From Tubiluchus corallicola (taxonomy: Eukaryota; Animalia; Priapulida): a stretch of 64,000 nucleotides of DNA. Positions 27,501-39,500 of this stretch are shown here, piece by piece (within the stretch, counting starts at the first letter, position 1; every line of letters begins with the position of its first letter). Both the position numbers and the translations under genes were made by a program. The notes beneath the pieces were generated by a model that saw only the letters and a list, made by a program, of their open reading frames with translations, was not told the origin of the DNA and ran no database searches. Location: contig JAQGDQ010000007.1 of the NCBI GenBank assembly GCA_030141605.1, positions 483,173 through 547,172 on the forward strand, written 5' to 3'.

Positions 27501-30500
27501 AATGTATCAGTGACGTGGTCACAGGAAGGGTGTAAGGTAGCAATAATATTATTTAGTTTCAAATTTATAGCTTTAATTCACTGTTTATCTTCAAAGTAAG
27601 GATGCCAGCAAAGTAGTAAGTAAGAGTGTTTAGCAAAGGAGTAAACATGTTCAGCATAGCAGAAGAGCTAAGTTAAAACACAGTAAGAAAACCTAGCAAA
27701 GTGGCAGGAATGCTTAACAAAGCAGCAACAATGTCCAGCAAAGGAGGAAAAATGCTGAGGAATGCAGCAAGAATGGCAAGCAAAACATTATCAATGCTCT
27801 GAAAATTTATACAAAAAAGAAAACGTTGAATACTCCTGTAGTCTCAAAATAATTATTTGTATTTATTTACAGAAGCTTTCAGTTTAGAGAGCATCATCAG
27901 CTAAAAATTATAGAAAAAAATTTATATATAAACAGTTTATACCAGTGTGAAACAAGGATATTAAAAGCAAAAATAGTAGCTAAACATAACTGATTTAAGG
28001 TATAATTTAAGGTTGAAGAAAGAGTAAAAAGTGTCTCCATAATGACTGCATGTTTTATTCTGTCTTATTCTAACTTATTGTGTCTTAAATCAGTGAGTCA
28101 GACTGTGTCAGAGTACTATAATATCCAAGTAACTTTTTCCTCATATTGCCTACATAAATGCCGCCATCATTGCTGCCACCACTGTATTATCATTTTCATC
28201 ATTCTAACAATTGTCATTGACATCGTTATCATTCCTGTTGCCACTGGCATTGCAGGATAATGAAGAGCCGGATAACGTAATTACTGAAATCTTACACAAA
28301 TTATTGAAAACGTAGGCAAGGTAAAATTTATAAAATTGCTTAGTCATTGTTCTAATTGGTAATTGTTGTCGTAATTGTTATCTTTCATTATAGGTGGGAA
28401 ATCTTGGATCTTGGAATAAGCTTCATTGCCTCTGTTATCATCTAACTGCATTTGGCGGTCACTTCTTTGGTATGCCAAATATGGTCCATCATTTCAAGGA
28501 GCCTTCATTTTTTACAAGTGCCTTTCCTAATATGGTTATTGTCGTGGTTGTTTGCTTCCTGTGGTTCATCTTTTTTCTATTAGTAATTTATGCAAGAAGA
28601 CGCGATGAAGAAGATGAGTTACGGGTTGGTATACCTTAACTGCTTCATTTGTTTACAGAATAAACATGTTAAAAGATCTGATTTAATTAGAAGTAAATTT
28701 TGGAAGGTGACAAAAAAGTTGATGGCTCAGATTTAGAATGTGCGACCTGACATTGCAAGGTTGTCTGTCCTGGTTGACTTACAAATTTTCAGCACATTCC
28801 TTAATTAATTAGCAGTAAGTTTAATAGTTAGTTACATATAAAGACTGTTAGGTTCATTAATTCTGGCTTATCACAGCCAATGTCTCAAAAAATTTTGCTT
28901 TTAAAAATCTTGACATATAACTTAAATTTTCGCATAATTAATGGCTTTTCACAAAATGAATTATTAATCTGCATGCTATTATTGAAACTGTGCACTATTA
29001 TCTTACAAAGATTGTAGTAACATCTATGCAAAGTTTGGAAGTATATTTTTATATACCATTTTTATAATTTTTTAAATCTGTAATATTGTTGCATACACAT
29101 GTTTTATTACATAACAATAGTGTTTAATGCTATTGTGGCAGCTGTACGACTATGTATCTAATTGTGACCATACTGATAATATTTTTACGGGTTATTAACT
29201 ATAGCTTGTCTTAATTACTTGTGTTGACAGTGCAGCATAATTTTCCTAGAAGATAATAATCTACGGGATACATATGCTTACCTCATAACTGTCTACACGG
29301 GTTTAAGGTACGGATCTGGTACAACGTCTACAGTTACTATAAGTTTATCAGGTATGGAAAGTATGTTTTTGTTTATTCTTGGCAATTATTTTAAGAATAG
29401 CGTAAACTGCTGAAACATTTTGTCATATGTAAAATTTTATAATTAAAGCATTAATTTATTTTTTAGGTGAAGATGGAAACAGTTTGCCAGTATTACTGAC
29501 CAGCCAGAACAGGAAGATTTTTTCCAGAGGTTCACAAGATTGGTTTCTAATGACTGTATCTCGCTCTCTTGGTGAATTAGTCTGTTGTGAGTTGTGGCAT
29601 GACAATTCAGGAAATGCTCCATCTTGGTATGTGTGGTATTAGGACCTGTAAAAAGACATCTGTAAGGGATGAGGAGAATAACCATGTGGTCATAGTGTGT
29701 ACTAATAATCAATGTTAAGCAACGGCAAGTGTAATTTTAAATGATGGGTGACTGCTGGATTAAGATTAATTACTCATACTGGTATTTTCATTCACTGATT
29801 CTGGCTGCTTATCAGCAACAGCAGCAACAACAACAGCAACAGCCATAACCACAACAACGACGACAACAACAAACTGCCTGTCCAAATATCGAACAGTTTT
29901 CAACAAAGACAAGTACAGTAGGTGCCACTTAATAGACTCACTTTGGGACCGACATGTTTTGACCCAATTCACCTACTGAACCTATTAACCGACGGATGTA
30001 GTATTACAGGTATAGATGTATGAGTCATCAACTTACTATGTAGTACAGCAGTTTTTAATAAATTTTGGAAATGAACTAATCTCTAAATTCCTTTGTGCCG
30101 TTAAAAATTGGATAAAAAATTTTAAATATTAATTTGTATAAGTGAAAAACCAATAAGTTAAAAAGTATACTTTTTTAAATCACAGGTTTCTAAGTCTGTT
30201 TATTTGCAAAAATTACAAGAATTCCTTTAATATTGGCTAGTTCATTTTCTTGCGAAGTAGTTGGCCCAAAAAGTTCTTGTAATTATAAAACGTTGAAAAT
30301 CTGTTGTTGTGTGTGACTCAAACATCTGAATCATCTGCTCACTTTGTTTGCTCTTATTTGCTGTACATAGTTTTTATGTATATTTGAATAGAAGCTGCCC
30401 AATACCAGGCATTTTTGAGTCAATTAAGCGATTGAGTTTAATAACCATGCGTCTATTAAGCGGCACGTACTGTACTTTATTACTTTCATTACTTTCATTA

Positions 30501-33500
30501 CTCTGATGACTTACATTGCATTGCATGATAACTTACCACTGCTCTGTTATTTCCATATATTTGACAGAAAAACAGGAAATGGCCATTCTGAGTCTTTGCT
30601 GTTTCCCAGCTGTAGGATTCAGCCCACAATTTTTTGGGACAAAAATCAGGCAAGCATGCAGTCAAGCAACCTATCACTTCCTTAATTTAACTGAACTTTA
30701 CATTTATCAGGTTTTTGAGTCAAGTGGTTATTAGAGATACACAGACTGAACAGGTTTGGTTTTTTCTCTACAATGACTGGCTATCACTTGACCGTGGTCC
30801 ACAAACTGTTTACTGCATGTTGTACCCAACTCCGGAGCTCACACTCAAGGTATATGATTATCTACTGTTTGGTGATGCCATTAACATGTGGACTGTAAGA
30901 AAATAAGCGTCGACACACAATTCTTCTTGAAGAATTTAGCCGTGTTTCTGCTTGAGCTTGACCTTCTGCTATTACAGATTGCTACTGACAAATATTGCTT
31001 ATTTCAATGTCATTCACAGATTATTATGATCATATTAATTAGAATATTGTCAGAATGGAAGAAAAAATGGTGCTATTGTGTAAAGAGGTAAGTGGGTTTC
31101 TTGGTTACTACTGTGGAAAAAAAGCTTTAGCCTTTAGTTTCAACCAAAATGCCAATTGTTTGAGTTATTAATCAAATTTAAAACTTCTAGTTACTAATTG
31201 ATGTCCAACATAATGTCAATCATTTTCACTAACAGCCCAATCAGCGTGCAAGTTATTTTGCACCCCTGCAGAGCTTAATTAACGCAGGTACGTTTGGGAC
31301 ATTTAGCTACTATTGCGTCTAATGCTGTTATGAAAAATGCTCGACTTTTCATTAGTTAGCGGGAGAAATATTGGCCTTGTTCTATTTTTTATTATTGTGA
31401 ATTGAAATTTCAAGTGAATTAGTGCAAATATATATTCTAGTTTCGTTTATAGGAAGAAATGCACAACGCTTATGTCTATGAGTTGTTGATTAAACCATTT
31501 TGCAATCAAGAAAATATGCAATTTAGTTTAGTTTATGCAAGTTAGATGAAAACAACTATTTGATTAATTTTAAGTAAGGATAAAACAAAATGTTTTCTTT
31601 TCAGGCCAGTTTTTATAAACCTCAATGAGATCTTCACAGTCAAAATTAATTCAAATGTGGTCAAAACTTATATTATACATCAATGTAGTATTAGTTAATT
31701 TTATGCTATTTTTCTGGTTATAATCATGGTTAAAAGATCCCATTGGGACTTATGTGACTTGGGCATTCAATATAAGGGTCGTCTATGGAATGGAACAGTC
31801 CAATTTATTCCATTTCTGTAGCCTGACAAACAGAAAAATACAAAAACTGAATAAATCTTGCAGACGAGCACATGGTCAGTTAATATAGAACAACAAATCG
31901 CAGGCTTGATGTTCGTATGTTTAAAGGCAAGAGAGACTTAATATTTTTGTTGCTCATTTGTGTAAAGCAAGGCTAACTGGCTTAGTTTCTTTATTAAACT
32001 TATGTCTCTGTATTTTGTAGTGCTTTGTAACTTCATCTATACATTCTATTTAAATTGAAAAGTCATTTTTTGGCCACTAGAAGCATTAATTTCGTGTTAA
32101 AATAGCTGCTACTCTGCAAATTTGAATTTATGAAGAAGTGCAATCAGTTTATCTGCTAATTAGACATTAGTCGAGACTGTCTTGTTGTTTAGTTTAGTTT
32201 TGCTTGGGGCAGTTGTTGTCCAACGTGAACTGTTGTCCCAAATGCTACTGAGCATGCTTACGTTACAGTGGGGTCGGAGCGACTAGACCAATATGTTTGA
32301 CGTCAATTGTAGTAATCGTTTTGGAGTTTTTAACAGATCTTCTTGGATTAATGTTTGTCAGTACAGATAAACTGCTTTACTGCTTCTATATTTTTTATAA
32401 TTATTTTTTGCAATATTTAATTTTTAGTTTTACATTTTAAGCCATTTATATTATAAAACTAAGTTGTAACATGACTTCAAATTTTTTCTACATTTTCACA
32501 GTTCTTGTTGGATTACCATTTCTTTCTTCTCTAAATAAAATGATGATTTATTACTACTTTCTAGTTTACCAATATTTAGATTAATTATGAAGTGTTAACT
32601 GGCTTGCCTTACGCTTACATGACAGAATGATTTAATAAATGTTTTGCAAGTGAGGCTTTCACTCACTTAAGCTTTTTTCAAGCAAATGGCTTGCCTGATC
32701 TAAGTTTACCATGATAAACAATTAGGCGGGATTTTTGTTTTTCCTCAATTTTTCTGCTAATTCTTTGTTGTCGACTTATCGGCAGCTTACTGTTAAATGG
32801 CAACTGTATTTTAATAAATGTCTAACTAATACCTGAAATTAAAGTATTTTTTGTAGAGCTTTTATAACGTGTTCAAGAATAAATTTCTGGAAGATGTAAA
32901 GGACAATGATTTATGGACTGGTATTTTTCTGAGACCACCGCAAAGTTCTTTCACGCGAGTTCAGGTTGGTCAAAAATCAAATTTTTCACTGATGAAGACA
33001 TCTGTATTTCTAACAAAAACAGCTGCGGAATAAAAGACTATTTCTACTTGCCCAATTCCATTTGTTTTAAAGAGTATAGTTTCACCTAAATAGAGGATAT
33101 TCTGAATTGTAATTCTAATGAAACCATGTGCCCAGAATGCGATCTTGGGTTCGCATGCTGTGTGTTGTGCTACACACAGTATTTGTCAGCATTAACATCA
33201 GCAAAGTGTTTTATTACTCCTTATGAACGGTCTCAGTTGCGACCCAGTGGCTGGAATGCTGCCAGTTTCAATATGATTCGTAGCTTTGATGTACTGCATG
33301 TTTCATATGTGTACTGTATGCATTACTTAAATAAGCATTATTCCAGTGCATTTTGCTTATTTATGTGTATGATATATGACATATAGATTAAAATATAATG
33401 TGTTGCTAAACTGATAGTTACTGGCTACAGTAAACTTATTGTGAGAGGTACTTTCATAATTACCTAGAATGAGTTTCCAATTATTTGGATATTTGTTTAA

Positions 33501-36500
33501 ATTTGGGTTTAGTTCTGTAATGCAGTAAAGCGATAGGCTGTCACATTTCAAATGTTCTAACTGTGTAATAAGTTGTGTGTTACCAGAAACTTGTGAAATT
33601 TTATGCGGGAATTTTGCTGATAATGAAAAATATCAGCTGCTCTTTGCTTACCCATTAAGTGCCACATTAGAAAGACTAACTTTGGCAGGTTGAGAGGTTT
33701 TAACTGTTTAATCCCAGTATTACATGGGAATACATTACAAAGATGAGTTTATCGAGTATTGTCCAGTCACCGCAGAAGTTACTCCGTGAAGAGAATCACT
33801 TAGCATGGGCAACAAGCAGTAAGCAGCTTAGAGTGCCTAGACTAATATCCCTGTTCATTTGTTCTTTTTTCTAGTAAGAAATGTTGTGTGTGAATATGGG
33901 CAGGGGGCATGTCCTTTGGTTATAACAAACTACTCTTCCCCCAATTAGTCCATTATAATGAAGTCTACTATAATTAAATTCTGGAAACTTTTCAAACGTG
34001 TTTTAGTACCAGTGCTGTGCTTACCTACTATGTACTGAGCTGGTAGCATTTATCACACAACTTTCTTGAAAGTTTCAATGTTATATATTTCTCCTTACAT
34101 TTTTGTGTCACAATATTTTCAGAGATTATCATGTGCTTTATGTCTGCTGACTCAAGTCATGATGGTTACCATCATGTACTATGGTGTTAATGATAACCCA
34201 GAGGATCAGTACGATGTTGGACATAGAGGAATAAGGTTTTCTCTATCATCCCTTTATGTGGGTAAGTTTAACTGTTTTGTATTTTAATGACTACTGTGAT
34301 TTCAATCACGAAAAGAAACTGTATGTTTTAAAAATGTTTAACTGCGAAACAATTAGGCTTTTTCTATTTTCAGGATGTATAATAGGTCTCCTTCTTTTTC
34401 CACTCAATTTTCTGATATTCTTGTTGTTTCGTCTTACAAAAGCACATCCTAGGAAACATCTTACAAATAGGAAAAGGTAAGATTTGTTTTATTTACTCTT
34501 AGTTTTATAGCATTGTATACCCATTTGTTGCATTTATGTGCTGCTTTTTCTAACTTTTCTAGCTTTTTTTCTGTTTTATTGATTGTATGCCAAACTATTC
34601 TTTGCACTAGGTTTTTGATATCAGCTTGCATGAATTTGTCATTTCTATTTCTATCTTCTTTTTAATTTTTTTATTGCTTATTCTTTTTAATTTTTCATTA
34701 TTTCTATATCATTTTTCTTATTTTTATTGCTATATCCCTAGCTATTTTTTACACAATTTTTTGTTTTATATCATTGTAATCTGGTTAGTTGATAGTAAAA
34801 TTCCTGTGGTTGGACTATTGCTTAAGCATATTTAATTATGACCCATGATGAACAGGTCAAGTTTTCTGCAACAAACTGTTCGAAAGTAACATCTTTTGTG
34901 CAACCAAATTTCCTGACTGAATTTTCAGTTTGCTGCCTGGTGCTTTCTTTTTACACATATTAATATATATTTCTTTTTCGTTTTGCATTTTAAGGAAGAT
35001 GAAAAAGGCCAAAGCTTCGTCGATTAAAGAAAATGAAAGCTTAAGCAGTGCAAGTTCAGTGGCTTCCAAATACTCTAATATATCGGTAATTTTCTTCTTG
35101 TTTGCCTGCTATGTATATAATAAACTTGACATTTAACCTGTTGACTTTGCCAGTTTAGTTATATTTTTTCACTTTGTAGTATTATAATTACAGGAATCAG
35201 GAAGGAACCTACGCAGTTGAACAGTCTTAAGAGACATCTGGTTTCTGATTAATCCACTAGTATAGTATGTCTGCTGGTAATTTTTTTATTTCTTCAGGAA
35301 CTTGAGCCGAAATTTCAATCAGAGTCGAGACGGCTGAGTTGGGTCAAAATTAGCAATCAAAGATTGGATAATTATGTGCAAGAAATGCGCAGAAACATCA
35401 AAGATGTCGAGAACATTCTAGTCGATCTGGCAAAAGATTTTGAAAATGATGAATGCCAACAATTTGTAAAAGTTCATTGTGAAAGAAAAGTGTTCTTGCG
35501 CAGTCAATCGGCAACGAGTGCCAATATAGATGATGATGAAACAATTGTCAAACTTGAAATTGATCCCTCTACTGGATTGGCATTGCCATCAGTCTTAGTT
35601 GCTACTGATACGTTGGATAAATATCAGGACGATGAGACATTTGCCTTGTCAGAGTCATGGTCTGAAATGGATACCACATTAAAAAAGGGCTTTGCTGCAA
35701 CTTATTGCCCATGTCTGGTCAGAATGTTGCAGAATTTTTCATCTAGTGACCGTGAGGTACGGTTGCCATGGTGGTGTGTGTACGTCGGGTGGATTATACT
35801 TATCACTACATCAATTTTGTGTACCTGTATGACTGTGTTCTACGGTTTTAAATACGGGTACCAGAAGAGTGTCAACTGGTTAACTTCTATAGTAACTTCA
35901 TTCCTTCAAAGTGTTATTTTTATTGAGCCCTTAAAGGTTCTGTTTTTTGCTGCTATTTTTGCTATATTGTTCAAAAAGTCAGAGCAGTCAGAGATGAAAG
36001 GGAGTAATTTTACAATAGAGGAAGAAGATAGATATGTGAAAGAGACAACCGATGAATATCAAAGGTATGTCAAATTTGTGGGCTTTCGTGAAAAAAACTT
36101 GAATATACTGCATAGAATTAAATTGGTAATTTAAATGCTAATCATGTGGTCATCCATTCTTCAAGTTTGGATGGACACTATGGCAGGAAGAATGGATATA
36201 GTTATTAGAAAATAATCAGCTTCTGAAATAATATCGCAAATCACTTACCCACGGAATAACAGGCCAGAAAGAGTTAAGCTATAATTGCTTTATTCTACTT
36301 CATTGGTCCCAGGAGGTCTTAATAAATTGTGCAGCGGATATAAAATTGGTACTTAATACTAGAGAGACATAAGTGCAAAAGCAAAAAGAAAGCAAGTTGC
36401 AGTTTGTTAGGTGATTTTACAGTGGAGTGCTGTTAGTCATATGGATCTTCATTTGCTATTTTCAGACAGCTCTACTGTCGATGTAAACCACGCCATGAAG

Positions 36501-39500
36501 AAATTGCTCTTGCCAGAAAAGAATACAAATACAAACAGAAAATGAAGCAAATATTGAAGGACATTATCCTGCTTGCAGTTTTCATACTTGTACTAAGCAG
36601 ACTATACTTAAGTTTCTTCGATAAAAGGTGGGTAATTTCACACTTATTTGTTATCAGAAACTTGGTGTGGAATTTATACAGCATGACGTATATTTATCAT
36701 TGCCTCCAAAAAATCAAATGTATATGTGACAATGGTGAGCTTTTTATAGTAGGCATTTGTGCATCTTTGACATAATTATAAACCCTTAGAAATGAAAAGT
36801 GAACGAAAAAATGTATTTTTGGAAGACAAATGGTATGCGTGTTAAGAGTGCGTAATGCAGTAGTATAGTTGACTCCTGTCTGCATGACTTCTCTGTGCCG
36901 GTTCTCAATGTTGAGGATGCATAAAACTGGAATTAGATACAGGAAATTAAGGGAAGAGGAGGCCACTAATTCGTTAGTCACTTTATAGAATTCATTTGCC
37001 TTTTTCCTATAGAATTTTCTTCTGTTATTTGTTACACTTTTGTGTTTTTCGTGCTATGTTCATTAGGATGTTAAGTTTATGTTATTTTGGGTTTCTGCAG
37101 ATCTTCAACTGCATTGCTTTTCAGTTACATTTTGTAATTGATCAAAATGGAATCAAGATTAAACCATTTTGCATGGCCACAGTGCCATTAACTTATTGTT
37201 TTTTTCATATTTTTACAGGAGCTACATGGTGACAAAGACAGTGAAGGATGTGGTACTAAATTCAGGCAATCACACAAAATTCAGTCAGGTAAGCACTTTG
37301 TGATTCAGATATGCTTACAGTCAACCTGTTATGCATTAGTAACTTGATCAATTATGTCACTTACCAATCTTTTTGTAATTTGTTCTAAAACTATTTCAGT
37401 TGATAATATTGTGAGTGTTTTTTATGTATACGATAATGACTGATAAGTTATCAAGAGCTGTCAAAAATGTTTATGCTTATATCAAATCTGACAGCAGATA
37501 TCACTGAAATAACGTTGAATTATCTTTCGTAAAACTTTTTTATAATTGCAACTAAAATCATTTATAAAAGAGAAGCTGTCAAAGTATAATTTGATCCTTG
37601 TCAAAACAATGCAGAAAGGAAATTTACTTGAAAATTGTGGACAGAAAAATTGACTGCAATAAATGAATAGCCCTATCACTACAGCTTTCGTGTTCTTTAA
37701 GTTCAAGACTCATGAAACTTTAACTATTATGTCAGCATCCACCTTTCTCATAGGAGTTTTGACTGAGCCGGAATGTGTACATTATGAGGATGTATTTTTC
37801 CCGTAAATGAGTAGTTTTTTTAGTTAGACGTTGATAATTTCGTGATAGCCTAATGTATTTATTTTTCGTTGTTGTTTCCAAAGGTCATCTTTTGTAAAAG
37901 TGTGAGATGTTTTCTAGATAAAAGATGTAGATAGCATGTGGGATTATATTCGCAACACTCTAAATCCCAGTTTATTTATGCCAAAAATGTATAATGGACA
38001 TGAAGCACCAGTTGGTTTTGCTATAGATTTAGTGAACCGGCCGATAGGGGTCACGCGATTACGCCAGTTACGAGCACTAGAAGGTACAGAACATTTTTTG
38101 TTTTACTCTTAGCTTTACATGGTGTTTATAGATTGTTTAGTCCTAACACCCAGACTTTGCTAATAATAAACTTTTTCTACTTTCTGGTGAGCTGGATAAA
38201 TAAGTAAATGTTGAATACTGAGAAGGGAAAAATTAAAATTAAATTAAATCTCTAAATTAAAGAAAAAACTCGTGGCATAAGAATGGTTGGTAATACAGAC
38301 AATTGGATTTGAATATTCTTGAGACCTGTTATAGTAGAGATCAGAGCTCAGTGCGATAGTTAGTAAAACGTGTGATGCTAATAGAAAGTTACAACGTCTA
38401 ATAGAGAAACAACTTTAAAGTAAAGGCAGAAGTGAAGCTACTATAATTTTGTTGTAAAATTATGTCGAGAAATACCTGCAAGCCTGTTAAAAGATTTTTG
38501 GAATGCATCTTCTTCAAAGCTGAACCAAGTATCTCTCCAACTTTATCTCTGTTTATTTCTCAAAGAACATATCCTCCTCAAACTGAACCAAATTTATCTC
38601 CAACTTTACCTTTGTTAAGTTCATTGCTCAATTAACATATCTTCCTCAAAGCTGAACCAAATTTATCATCAACTTTATCTTTGTTAAGTTCATTCCGCAA
38701 AAAACATGTTTTCCTCAAAGTTGAACCAAATTTATCTCCAACTTTATCTTTGTTAAGTTCATTTCTCAAAGAACATGTCTTGTTCAAAGCTGAACCAAAT
38801 TTATCTCCAACTTTATCTCTATGAAGTTCATTCCTCAAATAATGTGTCTACCTCAAAGCTGAACCAAGTATATCTCCAACTTTATCTCTGATATATCTCT
38901 ATAATAATAGGTCTATATATTATATATACAATAACTGCAATTTGATAATTTGATTTTTTTGTTCTTTTGTACAAAAGTTGGCTGTCAAAAATTGGCTGTA
39001 TAGATATGTTTTCATTTTGAAACAGGACTTTTTCAAATGATCAACTTTTTCGAGGACAGACAAAATGGCCAATTGTCATTGTAATATTATTAAAGTAAAA
39101 ACATCTGTTTTTAGTTCCTTGTTTAGCTTCTTCCAAGGTCAAATCATTTGGGAAAAAATGCATAGCTGAGTATTCATGGCTAGATCAGGATACCACATCA
39201 TATAAACCAGGATGGCATTATCGGGAGTATCCAAAATTCCCTCCAGATGAGTGGACATTTCAGTCTACACTGGAACTTGGGACGTTACCATTTGTTGGTT
39301 AGTAAAATAGTAAAACTTGCTAATTCAGTAGTTCTATATGAAGCAGCAAGGACATCAGTATTAAGACATTTGTTACATTCAAACTGATTTTTTAACGTTG
39401 ACAAATAGCTTGTAATTTATTTTCATTTCTAAGAAACTTGACCTGCAATTTGTTATTACAGTGAAACCTTTTAGATTAAAGGTGCGGGTGTTTGCTGGCG

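Noticed and set aside
35194-35240. Possible small exon after ttacag / aatcag
   Set aside because: Both candidate acceptors give in-frame stops; exon 34995-35085 joins 35298 in phase without it.
38505-38890. CRISPR-like array
   Set aside because: Units are contiguous tandem repeats without unique spacers, inside a eukaryotic intron with no cas genes.
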